DNA of 64,000 nt from Verrucomicrobiota bacterium. GTDB lineage: Bacteria > Verrucomicrobiota > Verrucomicrobiia > Opitutales > Coraliomargaritaceae. The translations under genes were made by a program, and so were the position numbers. Numbering within the stretch: position 1 is the stretch's first letter; each line of letters starts with the position of its first letter. The notes beneath the pieces were generated by a model. It saw nothing but the letters and a program-made list of their open reading frames with translations, was not told the origin of the DNA and made no database searches. The DNA is taken from positions 1 through 64,000 of the forward strand of contig JBCBZJ010000002.1 in the NCBI GenBank assembly GCA_039815375.1, written 5' to 3'. Shown here in pieces: positions 19,093 to 28,954 of the stretch.

Positions 19093-20225
19093 GATTGTTT
19101 TTTCCGATTTTCATTCTGATTTCTTTTATTGTATCCGCTGAATGGATACATCCGCCTCTTCATACAGATTCAGGCTACCCGGTTCCCCAGCCGAATGTCA
19201 GCCCTGAGATGCCCAGGGCACACGGTGCTCATCCCGGTTACGGGATCGAATGGTGGTATTGGGTCGGGCACCTTCGCTCTTTGGATGGTAAACGGGAATT
19301 CGGTTTTCAGTCGACAGTGTTTCGCTTGGAAGGAGCTGCGGGTGTAGCGCGGGTAGGTCTGATGCCTGCGTTTGGAGATCAACAACTGTTCATGGCACAC
19401 GCGGCATTGAGTGATTTGAACAATCGTGAGTATGTTCACACAGAACGGATATTCCGGGAAGGGTGGCAGGCAAAAGCCTCGGACCAAAAGCTCGATTTGG
19501 TCGTTGGCGGGATCAGGGCCTGGATGCGTGAAGAAGATGAAACGATTAAAATGACGATGGAGTTGCCTGAAGGACATCGCCTGAAGTTAACGATGACTCC
19601 AGAGAAGCCTTTGGTCGCGTTTGGTGAGCGTGGCCTGAGCCGTAAGGGAGTGGACCCTGCGGCGGTGAGTTGGTATTGGACCTATCCAAGATTGGCACTG
19701 AAAGGACAAGTTGTGATAGACGATGAGATTATCGAAGTTGAGGGTATGGGTTGGATGGATCACGAAATTTCATCGAGCCAGCTTGGTAGTGAGCTGGCGG
19801 GCTGGGATTGGACGGCGATTCAGCTTGACGATGGAACAGAGGTGAAGGCCTACCGTCTGCGAACAAATGAAGGTGGAGCCGATCCTTGGTCAGCCGTCTA
19901 CTGGATCGATTCGGATGGAGGTGTGAGCAATGTCTATGCGGAGAACTTTACTTGGGACCATGACCGCAAATGGACAAGTGATGTGACTGGAAACCAATAT
20001 CCAAATACAATTACTATATCGGCAGTTCATCCTGATACGGGGGAGAGACTAGACTACAGTTTACGTCCTTTTTTTATGGGCCAGGAATTTGTAGGGAACC
20101 GAGGTGACAATGCTTATTGGGAAGGTGCATGTGAGGTGTTTGACGCGGATGGAAATAAAATTGGGCGTGCCTATCTCGAACTAGCTGGTTATGGCGGTGG
20201 ACTAGGTGACCGTTTGACAAAATAA
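19089..20225 (+). CDS. AttH / CrtC-like lipocalin-fold secreted protein
   Basis: HGAHP...EWWYW.GHL, GWMDHE.SS, GWDW, YWEG motifs; signal peptide from ATG 19089 (ATGA overlap). Confidence 0.85.
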   Translation: MRLFFPIFILISFIVSAEWIHPPLHTDSGYPVPQPNVSPEMPRAHGAHPGYGIEWWYWVGHLRSLDGKREFGFQSTVFRLEGAAGVARVGLMPAFGDQQLFMAHAALSDLNNREYVHTERIFREGWQAKASDQKLDLVVGGIRAWMREEDETIKMTMELPEGHRLKLTMTPEKPLVAFGERGLSRKGVDPAAVSWYWTYPRLALKGQVVIDDEIIEVEGMGWMDHEISSSQLGSELAGWDWTAIQLDDGTEVKAYRLRTNEGGADPWSAVYWIDSDGGVSNVYAENFTWDHDRKWTSDVTGNQYPNTITISAVHPDTGERLDYSLRPFFMGQEFVGNRGDNAYWEGACEVFDADGNKIGRAYLELAGYGGGLGDRLTK

Positions 20226-20253
20226 TAAAGAAAAAAGCTGAACTTTTTGATCT

Positions 20254-20880
20254 ATGGAGCGCATCATCGAGCCCGAGATACTCGACCATCTGGACCCTCT
20301 GGATCCGGAGGCTCAGCGTAGCCGTGCTGATCTAAATTGGATTAACCGACTTATGGCGACTAGAGGCTGGATGCTTCGAAAGCTGGATGCCATCAGCCCG
20401 GAAGTCGATGCGGTGATCGAGCTAGGCCCTGGGGATGGTCTTTTGCTGAATGCAGTGCATCAACGCTTTCCCGAAATACGATGTATTGGCTACGATTTTG
20501 TCGAGCGGCCTGATTCAGTTGCACCGGGAATCGAGTGGGTGAGTGGCGATTTCATGGATAAGCTCGACACCATGCCTGTTAATCAAGGCACTGTGATTCT
20601 AGCGAATCTGATTCTACACCACTTGCATAGAGATCAACTGGAACAACTTCGTGACTCAATATCCAAGGCGGCGATGCTCATCGCAGTTGAGCCGGACCGG
20701 TCAAGGACCTCGCTCTGGCTAGGCCAAATCCTGAGGCCTTTTGTTGGGAGAGTCACTCGCTCGGATATGATGGTGAGCATTTGTGCGGGCTTTGGTCGCG
20801 GCGAGCTCGCAGAAATTTTCCAGAGGACCTCGCAGATGGAGTCGGTTTGGTTGGGAGGGCGCAGGGTGGTTCTACGATGA
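20254..20880 (+). CDS. SAM-dependent methyltransferase of type III PKS clusters
   Basis: EILD...DL.WINR N-terminus, VIELGPGDG motif I, NLILHH. Confidence 0.82.
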   Translation: MERIIEPEILDHLDPLDPEAQRSRADLNWINRLMATRGWMLRKLDAISPEVDAVIELGPGDGLLLNAVHQRFPEIRCIGYDFVERPDSVAPGIEWVSGDFMDKLDTMPVNQGTVILANLILHHLHRDQLEQLRDSISKAAMLIAVEPDRSRTSLWLGQILRPFVGRVTRSDMMVSICAGFGRGELAEIFQRTSQMESVWLGGRRVVLR

Positions 20881-21887
20881 GTCCTAACATCACAATTGTC
20901 GGCGGCGGGCTGGCCGGACTTTCCCTGGCGGTTGCGCTTCGAAATGAGGGAATCGAAGTCGAGCTCTTTGAGAAACGGCATTACCCATTCCACCGAGTCT
21001 GCGGTGAATTCATTTCCGGTGTTTCGGAGCAGGTCCTAATTGATTTGGGGATTCGTGACTGTTTTGAGGGCAGGGCTGAAGTCGATTCAATGGTATGGTT
21101 CATTAAAGATCGCGTTGTGCTCGAAGAATGTTTGCCCAAACCCGCTCTCGGTATTTCCAGATATACTTTGGATCAGCGCCTTGCCGAGTTGGCCAAGCAT
21201 CTGGGTGCCGATGTCCACCAGGGCAAAGCCTATCGTGAGAAGGATGCTCAGGGCACCGTTTGGGCGAGTGGCAAGAGTCTGGATCGCAAGAGTGTATGGG
21301 TTGGACTGAGTGCTCATTTTGAAGATATTGGTGTGGACCGCCTTGAGATGCATTGTGGCTCGACCGGATATCTTGGTCTAAGCCCAATTGAGAATGGCCG
21401 AGTCAACGTGACCGGCTTGTTTCGCAAGCAGCCCCGGATAAAGGCACGCGGCGTCGATCTTATGTATGCTTACCTGGAGGCCAATGGCTCGCATATACTT
21501 TCGCGCCGCCTTCAGGAGGGGTTCTTAGTTAAGGGTAGCTTCGCCGCCATTGCCGGATTTGAATTCGGTTCGCAACCGAGTCGGGGATTTACACTCGGAG
21601 ACCGCAGTTTGCTGATTCCACCATTAGCAGGAAACGGTATGAGTATGGCTCTGGAAGCCGCCTCGGGCGCAGTCTCTAGCTTGAGGCCTTATTGTGAAGG
21701 CGTATGTAGCTGGGAGCAGGCGATCGCTTTGCAAAAAGATTTTCTCCGGCAGTCGTTTCAACTCCGGATGAATGTCGCGACGCGGCTCCATCCCATTCTC
21801 CTTTCCAGCTTGGGTCTAAAAACTCTTAGTTTCTTTGCGGGGACAGGACTGCTGCCAACCCGCCAACTCTATCAGGCGCTTCGTTAA
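20877..21887 (+). CDS. FAD-dependent oxidoreductase/monooxygenase (geranylgeranyl-reductase-like)
   Basis: IVGGGLAGL, HRVCGEFIS, GD...IPPLAGNGMSMA; ATGA overlap with the methyltransferase. Confidence 0.85.
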   Translation: MSPNITIVGGGLAGLSLAVALRNEGIEVELFEKRHYPFHRVCGEFISGVSEQVLIDLGIRDCFEGRAEVDSMVWFIKDRVVLEECLPKPALGISRYTLDQRLAELAKHLGADVHQGKAYREKDAQGTVWASGKSLDRKSVWVGLSAHFEDIGVDRLEMHCGSTGYLGLSPIENGRVNVTGLFRKQPRIKARGVDLMYAYLEANGSHILSRRLQEGFLVKGSFAAIAGFEFGSQPSRGFTLGDRSLLIPPLAGNGMSMALEAASGAVSSLRPYCEGVCSWEQAIALQKDFLRQSFQLRMNVATRLHPILLSSLGLKTLSFFAGTGLLPTRQLYQALR

Positions 21888-21891
21888 TTTC

Positions 21892-22920
21892 ATGCAATTG
21901 CTCTCGCTATCTTCTGCTTTTCCCGAGCCTGTCTTTTCTCAGAGTGATTGCCTTGCTGCGCTTCAGGTTTCCCATTTCTGGAAAACTCTCTCCTCGCGCT
22001 CGCTCCGAATTCTCGATAAAGTCCTCAACGGTGATAATGGTATCGACCAGCGGCACTTTGCAGTCCGTTCTCTCGAAGAAGCGTGGAGTCGGGATACGCA
22101 GCAACTCAGTGAGTCTTTCGAGCGGGAAGCTCCGCAACTTGGGGCTCGGGCGGTGTCGCAGGCAATCGAACGTGCCGGTCTGCTTCCCAATCAAGTAGAT
22201 ATCCTTCTGGTTAGCACGTGCACCGGGAATCTCTGTCCTGGTTTATCGACCCATATCGGCGAGAAACTTGGACTGCGGCAGGACTGTGTGCTTCAGGATC
22301 TTACAGGCCACGGCTGTGGGGCAGCAGTTCCGCTGATTCATCTCGCAGCTGCTTATTCGAAACTCTATCCGCAGGCAAGAATCGTCACAGCAGAGGTCGA
22401 GGTTTGTTCGGCCGCTTTCTATCTTGACGACGATGTGGGTGTGTTGATCAGCGCTTGTTTGTTTGGTGATGGTGCATCCGCTCAAGTCTGGTCCGGCGAA
22501 GAAGGAAAGTGGAAGATCAGCGATTTCAATTCTGTTCAGCTGCCACAGCACCGCGAAGATCTCCGCTTTCTCAATCATAAGGGACGTCTAAAGAACCGAC
22601 TTCGGAAGACGGTGCCCTCCATTGTTTCGAAGTCGGTTGCCGGGCTTGTCGCACAGAAAGAGATCAAAGCTTTTGAACTGCCTGTTTTACATGGTGGCGG
22701 CCGAGATGTTTTGGATGCTCTCGAGCCTGTCTTTCCGGAGTATTCATTAGAAGTAAGTCGTCAGGTTTTACGCAAATATGGTAATCTAAGCAGCCCATCA
22801 CTTTTTATTGCGCTTGAGTCGATACTCACTTCGAGATCAAACGAGGATGCAACTTTCTGGTTGTGCGGCTTTGGGGCTGGTTTCTCTGCACACAGCGCGC
22901 GGTTGCGAACTTTTATTTAA
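21892..22920 (+). CDS. Type III polyketide synthase (chalcone/stilbene synthase family)
   Basis: Triad Cys (GHGCGAA), His (LHGGG), Asn (YGNLSS); LFGDGA; GFGAGFS. Confidence 0.92.
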   Translation: MQLLSLSSAFPEPVFSQSDCLAALQVSHFWKTLSSRSLRILDKVLNGDNGIDQRHFAVRSLEEAWSRDTQQLSESFEREAPQLGARAVSQAIERAGLLPNQVDILLVSTCTGNLCPGLSTHIGEKLGLRQDCVLQDLTGHGCGAAVPLIHLAAAYSKLYPQARIVTAEVEVCSAAFYLDDDVGVLISACLFGDGASAQVWSGEEGKWKISDFNSVQLPQHREDLRFLNHKGRLKNRLRKTVPSIVSKSVAGLVAQKEIKAFELPVLHGGGRDVLDALEPVFPEYSLEVSRQVLRKYGNLSSPSLFIALESILTSRSNEDATFWLCGFGAGFSAHSARLRTFI

Positions 22921-22988
22921 GTTTGCTGTCTGAAAAAAGCTCCCGTAACTGTTCTGCATAAATCAGTTTCAGCCGTCTGTTCAGAGTT

Positions 22989-24206
22989 GTGTACAAACAC
23001 CCCAAAGCATTATTAATAACAGGAATTTTTTCCGCATTCTTACTTAACGGGCTCCTCGCAGGAGACGATTGTCCTGATACAATTACCCCGGATCTAGGAC
23101 CGGAGGGTATGGTTTTCATCCCGAGCGGGACTTTTTCCATGGGCGGCGATCCAGGTTTGATGGGTGGCGGCTCGCAGTCGCACAATTCTTCCTATCCGAT
23201 TCACGAGGTTACATTAGACGCGTTCTGGATGGATGAGGCGGAAGTTACGAATCAACAGTTCGCTGATTTCGTCGAGGCAACCGGCTATGTCACTTTTGCT
23301 GAGCGACCGTTACCGGAGGCGTTTATCAACGAGGTAAAACGCATATCCAACGAGCGGATACGCCAAATGAAACTTGTTCTCTCACGGAGCAGCGGTTCTG
23401 AACGTGAAGCCATTGAGGAAGAGATCGCAAATATTGAGAAATCACTCGAATTCGGAGATTCTGCCGGATCTATCGTCTTTACTCCGCCGGAGGATCAAAT
23501 CTCCAGTAGATATGACTACACCCAATGGTGGCAGATCTTGCCGGGGGCGACATGGCGTTCACCCGAAGGGCCTGGCTCGACTTGGATAGGTCGTGAAGAC
23601 CACCCGGTGGTCAATGTGAATTCCGAAGACGCTGCCACCTATGCAAAGTGGGCTGGAAAGCGTTTGCCGACTGAAGCCGAGTGGGAACGGGCTGCACGTG
23701 GCGGATTGTCAAGAAAGCCCTATACTTGGGGCAAAGATTTTGCGCCGCTTGGAGAGGGCACCTGGATGGCAAATATCTGGCAGGGCGTCTGGCCTTATGA
23801 GAATACGGGTGAAGATGGTTTTGTCTTAACAGCGCCGGTTAAGGCTTTTCCGCCGAATGCCTTCGGGCTCTATGATATATCGGGTAATGTTTGGGAGATC
23901 GTGGCGGATCGCTATCACCCGCAGACTTATGCTCACAGGGCAGAAGAAGTTTCCATCAACCCTACTGGGCCCAGTGCGGCTTTGATCTCCGGTCGAGCGA
24001 TTGATCCCGAACGATTTGTGATTCGAGGGGGCTCATTCCTTTGTTCAGATAGCTGGTGCCGCGGCTACCAACCGGGTTCAAGGCAGGCGCAGGAATCCGA
24101 CTCGCCGGCCAATCACACGGGCTTCCGTTGCGCCCGGGATTATGAGGCTACAGAAATTAGCTTAAGCAGCACGTCGCAGACACCGAGTTTGAGAATTGAT
24201 GAATAG
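22989..24206 (+). CDS. Formylglycine-generating enzyme family protein (SUMF1/FGE)
   Basis: EVTN.QF..FV..TGYVT.AE, RLPTEAEWE.AARGG, GNVWE, RGGSFLCSDSWC..Y, GFRC. Confidence 0.9.
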   Translation: MYKHPKALLITGIFSAFLLNGLLAGDDCPDTITPDLGPEGMVFIPSGTFSMGGDPGLMGGGSQSHNSSYPIHEVTLDAFWMDEAEVTNQQFADFVEATGYVTFAERPLPEAFINEVKRISNERIRQMKLVLSRSSGSEREAIEEEIANIEKSLEFGDSAGSIVFTPPEDQISSRYDYTQWWQILPGATWRSPEGPGSTWIGREDHPVVNVNSEDAATYAKWAGKRLPTEAEWERAARGGLSRKPYTWGKDFAPLGEGTWMANIWQGVWPYENTGEDGFVLTAPVKAFPPNAFGLYDISGNVWEIVADRYHPQTYAHRAEEVSINPTGPSAALISGRAIDPERFVIRGGSFLCSDSWCRGYQPGSRQAQESDSPANHTGFRCARDYEATEISLSSTSQTPSLRIDE

Positions 24207-25467
24207 TTCTCAACCGTGCTCTTTTCAGCCGGTAGTCATCGTAGGGGCAGGAATGGCAGGGCTGTCCTGTGCACTTCACCTCCATAAGTCAGGATTTCCT
24301 GTTCGTTTATTCGAAGCCAGCGATGATGTGGGTGGTCGAGTTCGAACGGATGTGGTTGATGGTTTTCTTTTGGATCGAGGATTTCAGGTCTATTTGGATG
24401 CGTATCCGGAAACGAGTGAACTTTTAGATCTGAAAGCGCTCGAGTTGAGGGCTTTTGAGCCGGGTGCCCTGGTTTACAAGGATGGGAAACTGCATCGTTT
24501 GATGGACATCTTCAGGCGTCCTTCTTCGACGCTTTCAAGCGTATTGGCATCGGTTGGTTCATTGCTCGACAAGCTCCGGGTTGGACTGATGCGACGTCGC
24601 ATTCTACGGCGTTCCTTAAAAGAGATAGCCACAGGCTCTGATCAAACTACGGAGAGTTACCTTCGCAGTCTGGGCTTTTCAGAGGGTATGCTCGATAGCT
24701 TTTTCCGCTCCTTCTACGGTGGTATCTTTCTTGAGCGTGAGCTGCAGACATCAAGCCGGATGTTTGAGTTCACATTCAAGATGTTCGGTCTCGGAAGTGC
24801 AACTTTACCGGCAAAAGGCATGGGCGAGATACCCAGGCAAATTGCAGCACAGCTTCCGGGTGGAGTGGTTGAGCTGAATAAACCTGCGAGAGGTGTCTTT
24901 CGCGATGGACTTGAACTTGATGATGGCACCTGGGTCGATGCCAGTGCAGTCGTCGTTGCTACGAACGTGACTCAGGCTAAGGCGTTACTGCCTGAAAGCC
25001 AATTTGTTGAGCCTGGATGGCGCTCGGTTACAAATATCTATTTTGCTGCCGCCGAGTCACCCGTTAAGGAGCCGATAATTTGTCTCAATGGAAGTGGCAG
25101 TGGCCTCGTCAATAATGTCTGCGCACTGACAGATGCTGTTCCCGGTTATAGTCCGGACGGGCGTGCGCTCCTGTCGGTTTCGGTTCTTGGTGTCCATGAA
25201 GTGGACACTTTAATTGAAGCTGTGAAACAAGAGCTGAGTGATTGGTTTGGCGAAGCTGTTTTCTCCTGGCAGCACCTTCGCACAGATACGATTCGGCAAG
25301 CGCTACCCGATCAGCCTCCGGGGCAGGAGAGCCCTGGTTATTCGGAAGCCTCGGGAGTCTATATTTGTGGAGACCACTGCCTGAGCGCTTCCATTGAAGG
25401 TGCTGTCGTTTCAGGGAAGCGTGTAGCCTCAGCTGTCGTAAATGATATTTTGAGCAGCCATGTGTGA
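24199..25467 (+). CDS. FAD-dependent oxidoreductase (amine oxidase / phytoene dehydrogenase-like)
   Basis: IVGAGMAGL, EASDDVGGRVRTD..DGFLLDRGFQV, CGDH...SIEGA..SG. Confidence 0.85.
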   Translation: MNSSQPCSFQPVVIVGAGMAGLSCALHLHKSGFPVRLFEASDDVGGRVRTDVVDGFLLDRGFQVYLDAYPETSELLDLKALELRAFEPGALVYKDGKLHRLMDIFRRPSSTLSSVLASVGSLLDKLRVGLMRRRILRRSLKEIATGSDQTTESYLRSLGFSEGMLDSFFRSFYGGIFLERELQTSSRMFEFTFKMFGLGSATLPAKGMGEIPRQIAAQLPGGVVELNKPARGVFRDGLELDDGTWVDASAVVVATNVTQAKALLPESQFVEPGWRSVTNIYFAAAESPVKEPIICLNGSGSGLVNNVCALTDAVPGYSPDGRALLSVSVLGVHEVDTLIEAVKQELSDWFGEAVFSWQHLRTDTIRQALPDQPPGQESPGYSEASGVYICGDHCLSASIEGAVVSGKRVASAVVNDILSSHV

Positions 25468-25493
25468 GTTGTGCCTCACTGCAACAACTGCTC

Positions 25494-25970
25494 TTATTCT
25501 TCGATGATCAAGTATGGACGGCCGCCTCCAAATGGAAGCCAGCGGAAATCTCCGGTCACGATATTACCATCGTCGATTGCGAAGTCGATTCGCACGATAA
25601 GTTCGATATCAGGACTACTCAAATTGCCGACACCGACCGCAGCAGCATATCCTGCTCCCGAAGCAATATCGATATCCCAAAGTCCGCCGATTGGCGTAAC
25701 TTTGTCCATAAATCCAGTCGGCAAATAAGTTTTCAGCGTTTCATTGGCTTTGCCGGGTGCGGCGTCAGGCGGATACTGGCCTTGCTCCATTGCATATGTG
25801 TTAACGGCGCTGCTGAACTGCCGAATATCATTGGCAAAGGATGCTACCAGGGAGTTGTCCCGTGCTCTTTGCAATGCTGGCATCGACAACACGGAAAGAA
25901 TGCCGATTATCATGACGGCAATCAGAATCTCAATAATCGAGAATCCCTTATCGTAGCTAGGACTATTCAC
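25494..25970 (-). CDS. Prepilin-type N-terminal cleavage/methylation protein (GspG/pilin-like)
   Basis: KG|FSIIEILIAVMIIGIL class III signal. Confidence 0.88.
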   Translation of the reverse strand: MNSPSYDKGFSIIEILIAVMIIGILSVLSMPALQRARDNSLVASFANDIRQFSSAVNTYAMEQGQYPPDAAPGKANETLKTYLPTGFMDKVTPIGGLWDIDIASGAGYAAAVGVGNLSSPDIELIVRIDFAIDDGNIVTGDFRWLPFGGGRPYLIIEE

Positions 25971-26292
25971 GATTTACAGACTAGGTATATTCATTGATAT
26001 TCCAAGTCCTGACTTGCTAAAGAACTTGTAAAAGAAACAAGTTCCAGCTTCTAAAGTCACCGAATCATTGGTTTCACCGGAGGAGAGAGAAAAGTCTGAA
26101 AATGAACCGTGACTCACTTCTGAGGCTAGACGTAGCAACTATAATTTAATCGTCCGTTCCCTGAATTGCCCAAAGTGTTGGATGCAGCTCGAAAAGAAAT
26201 TCATGTGGTTCTATTTTCGGTTCATTTCCCCAAAAGCCTGAATAGATACGTTTGGCTGGATCTATTAGACTTCCTTTCATTAAGATATGAAC

Positions 26293-26321
26293 GACCCCGG
26301 GTGTCTAGGACACACGGGGTC
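26293..26321 (-). terminator. Stem-loop downstream of 26352-26663
   Basis: GACCCCG-G-GTGTC-TAG-GACAC-A-CGGGGTC; weak U-tract. Confidence 0.55.
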
Positions 26322-26351
26322 TTGAACAGTTTGGCAACTACAGTTGGGGGA

Positions 26352-26663
26352 CTAGCTGTTGCGGTTGTTTTTGAAGGGTGTTACAACGCGGTTGATATCT
26401 TCAGAAACGCTGGTCGCCATAGCCGAGTTGACTTCATTGCGAAGGGCTTCGCGTTGAGAAGCTGTGCGGCTGTGGCGGTTAATTGTGTGCGCTGTAGCCT
26501 TTTGACCATAGACGGTTGTGAACTGGGTCGCTTTAGCATCGGCAGCACCGTTACCGCGTGTGATCTGGCGGTTTTGCTCTTGTGGGTTGGCACCGGCGAA
26601 GGCTGATCCAGCTAAAGTAAGAGCGAGTGTAGCGATGAGGGTGGTGTTCTTGAGTGTGTTCAT
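26352..26663 (-). CDS. Small secreted hypothetical protein
   Basis: Signal peptide MNTLKNTTLIATLALTLAGSAFA; AGGA upstream; own downstream hairpin. Confidence 0.8.
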   Translation of the reverse strand: MNTLKNTTLIATLALTLAGSAFAGANPQEQNRQITRGNGAADAKATQFTTVYGQKATAHTINRHSRTASQREALRNEVNSAMATSVSEDINRVVTPFKNNRNS

Positions 26664-26983
26664 GTGATTATTCCTTTCGTGTATGATTTGTGTTATTGTA
26701 AGTGTGTTATGTGTTTCACTCAGTTCAGTATACCGAACTGTATACTTAAGACGTACGAACAGATTTTCTATTCCGAATATCTCACCTTTTTTATGAATAA
26801 CAGCTTAAATGATTTTCAAGTATTTGAAAATCAGCAGTTTATGTAATAAAAAATATCTTTTATCTTCTTTGCTACGTCTCTTGCGATTGAGCTAAGAGCA
26901 TAGCACACGTGCTATTACAGACTTCGGATGCAGGAAAAATGGTTTGGTTGACAAAAATTGTGAGCAGGGCTAAAACACTATTC

Positions 26984-27763
26984 ATGCATACACTACTAAC
27001 TCTCAAGCTTCCTGTCATCGCTGCATGCAGCCTTTTCGTTTTATTAAGTCAGGCTGCTTCGAACATAGTCGCAGGTGAAGTCAGGGCCGTTGCTGAGATA
27101 GATGTCGCAGAGCTGGCTAAGGCCGAATTACTCCAATCGCCCGCCCGGCCATTAGGCTTGGAGATTGCTGCACCTGTGCAGGCCAACCCTAATGATGAAG
27201 CCTATTTGAATTTTATGGAATATGGCTTGGGGCCTGTAATGAGCTTTATTGACGGAGTCTATGCAGAGAAAGAAAACATTACTGAAGTAACGCAAAACTT
27301 CGATCTAAGCCAGTTGCAATTAGACAAGGATTCCAATGTGCGTGTTTATTTCCTGAAAGAAGGCACAACGCATCGGAACACACTAGGCATTGACATTGAA
27401 GGCGAACAAAAGCTGATCTTTCCGAATGCCTCCTCGGCCCACTCCTATTTTCGAGATGGTGATACGAAAAGCGAATACACGAGCAAAGCGATACCTTTAC
27501 TTCCCGGTGACTATGTTGATGTCGGTCAATTGCGAGCAGGTAGTCTGGTCGACTTTTTCCTGATACAAAATGGTGCCAGTAATGAGAACGGAGTTGTTTT
27601 CTGGTGTGATGCAGCGATGAATTCTGACTTGCAGAACCACGTCAAGCTCTTGGCGGTCTACGAGCAAAATACTTACATCATCGGTTTCGAGGATCTTCCC
27701 GGTGGTGGCGATAAAGATTTTAATGATTTAGTGATTGCTGTCAAAATAGACCCGATTTCCTAG
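26984..27763 (+). CDS. DUF4114 domain secreted protein
   Basis: C-terminal IGFEDLPGGGDKDFNDLVI; signal peptide from ATG 26984. Confidence 0.8.
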   Translation: MHTLLTLKLPVIAACSLFVLLSQAASNIVAGEVRAVAEIDVAELAKAELLQSPARPLGLEIAAPVQANPNDEAYLNFMEYGLGPVMSFIDGVYAEKENITEVTQNFDLSQLQLDKDSNVRVYFLKEGTTHRNTLGIDIEGEQKLIFPNASSAHSYFRDGDTKSEYTSKAIPLLPGDYVDVGQLRAGSLVDFFLIQNGASNENGVVFWCDAAMNSDLQNHVKLLAVYEQNTYIIGFEDLPGGGDKDFNDLVIAVKIDPIS

Positions 27764-27767
27764 GCCG

Positions 27768-27783
27768 TGGCATATCGCATGCT
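27768..27783 (+). promoter_or_regulatory. Putative sigma54 -24/-12 promoter
   Basis: TGGCATATCGCATGCT (GG-N10-GC); ATG begins 13 nt after the conserved C. Confidence 0.65.
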
Positions 27784-27794
27784 TCCTAGGTTGC

Positions 27795-28913
27795 ATGCTA
27801 TTTTTGAAAGGCTCTCAGGGCATCTATGGTCTGCTCCAAACTGCGGTCCTCTTTTTGCTTTTGTTGAGTCCGACGCTTGCGCAGGTGGAGAAGCGCAAGG
27901 TCATCATCGATGACGATTCCTTCAGTTTGATGCATCTCATGCTTCTCGGGGCTGAGGATGTCGAGGTGCTCGGTATTGCGTCTGTCACAGGCAACACTTG
28001 GTCGGAGCGTATCGTAGCCTATGTTCTGCGCGGCCTCGAGTTGACGGATAGAACTGATGTTCCAGTTGTTAAAGGCGCGACTTATCCGCTCCTTAATACA
28101 GAGGCTCAGACTGAAGTTTGGGAAAAGCTCTATGGTCGACTAACCTGGAAGGGGGTTTGGATGAAAGCCTGGGTCGAGCCCACGATCCAAAATCTGCCTG
28201 AATACTATGAAGTCGACGATCCCATTGAGATTCCATGGGGGAATCCTGAGGTGAAGCCGGACTCGAGAATCGCTGCTAACTTTTTGATCGAAATGGTGCG
28301 CGCGCATCCAGGCGAGATCACGATCATCTGTGGTGGTCCTCTCACGAATCTTGCGCTCGCACAACGGCTCGACCCTGAATTCGCCAGTCTTGCCAAAGAA
28401 CTCGTCTATATGGGTGCGAGTTTTAACCCACAGCAGGTCCTTGATAATCAGGTGGCCGCCGATTTTGCCCGCGAATTTGCTAATTCACCCCGGCGCGAGT
28501 TCAACATTAGGCTCGATCCTGAAGCGGCGAGTATTGTGTCCCGGAGTCCTTGGCCCAAGATCACTATTGTCCCAGTCGACCCTTCAACCGGCACCCAGCT
28601 TACGCCAGGGCTGCTCGCCCAAGCGACTGAGGCTGTTCCGGCTGAGATGGGGGAGGTTCTCGCCACTTGGGAGCCCGGCTTCCCCCTTTGGGACGAAATT
28701 GCGGCTGCGGTATGGCTCGAACCAGAACTTATCGTTGAGCAGGAGAAGCTCTATGTAGACTACAACACCCACTTCGGCCCCGGCTACGGGGACACGCTTT
28801 CCTGGCGGGAGCATTACCAGCCCGGTTTGGGCGAGCAGCCCGCAATGGTGATTCGAAAAATTGATCGGGCTCGCTTAGAAGCGCTTCTTTTGAAGCAACT
28901 GGGTAATCTTTAA
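27795..28913 (+). CDS. Nucleoside hydrolase (IU-NH family), exported
   Basis: KVIIDDD, VTGN, GGPLTNLALA, EFNIRLDPEAA, PLWDE; signal peptide ending PTLA|Q. Confidence 0.88.
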   Translation: MLFLKGSQGIYGLLQTAVLFLLLLSPTLAQVEKRKVIIDDDSFSLMHLMLLGAEDVEVLGIASVTGNTWSERIVAYVLRGLELTDRTDVPVVKGATYPLLNTEAQTEVWEKLYGRLTWKGVWMKAWVEPTIQNLPEYYEVDDPIEIPWGNPEVKPDSRIAANFLIEMVRAHPGEITIICGGPLTNLALAQRLDPEFASLAKELVYMGASFNPQQVLDNQVAADFAREFANSPRREFNIRLDPEAASIVSRSPWPKITIVPVDPSTGTQLTPGLLAQATEAVPAEMGEVLATWEPGFPLWDEIAAAVWLEPELIVEQEKLYVDYNTHFGPGYGDTLSWREHYQPGLGEQPAMVIRKIDRARLEALLLKQLGNL

Positions 28914-28926
28914 GCCACCGCTGAAT

Positions 28927-28942
28927 CGGTCTATTCTATGCT
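28927..28942 (+). promoter_or_regulatory. Putative sigma54 -24/-12 promoter
   Basis: CGGTCTATTCTATGCT (GG-N10-GC); ATG 14 nt after the C. Confidence 0.5.
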
Positions 28943-28954
28943 TCGCATGGATGC

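Noticed and set aside
26120..26880. Recurring TACGTCT as an ECF-sigma -10 element
   Set aside because: Spacing to candidate GGAAC/GGAAT -35 elements is inconsistent among the three copies
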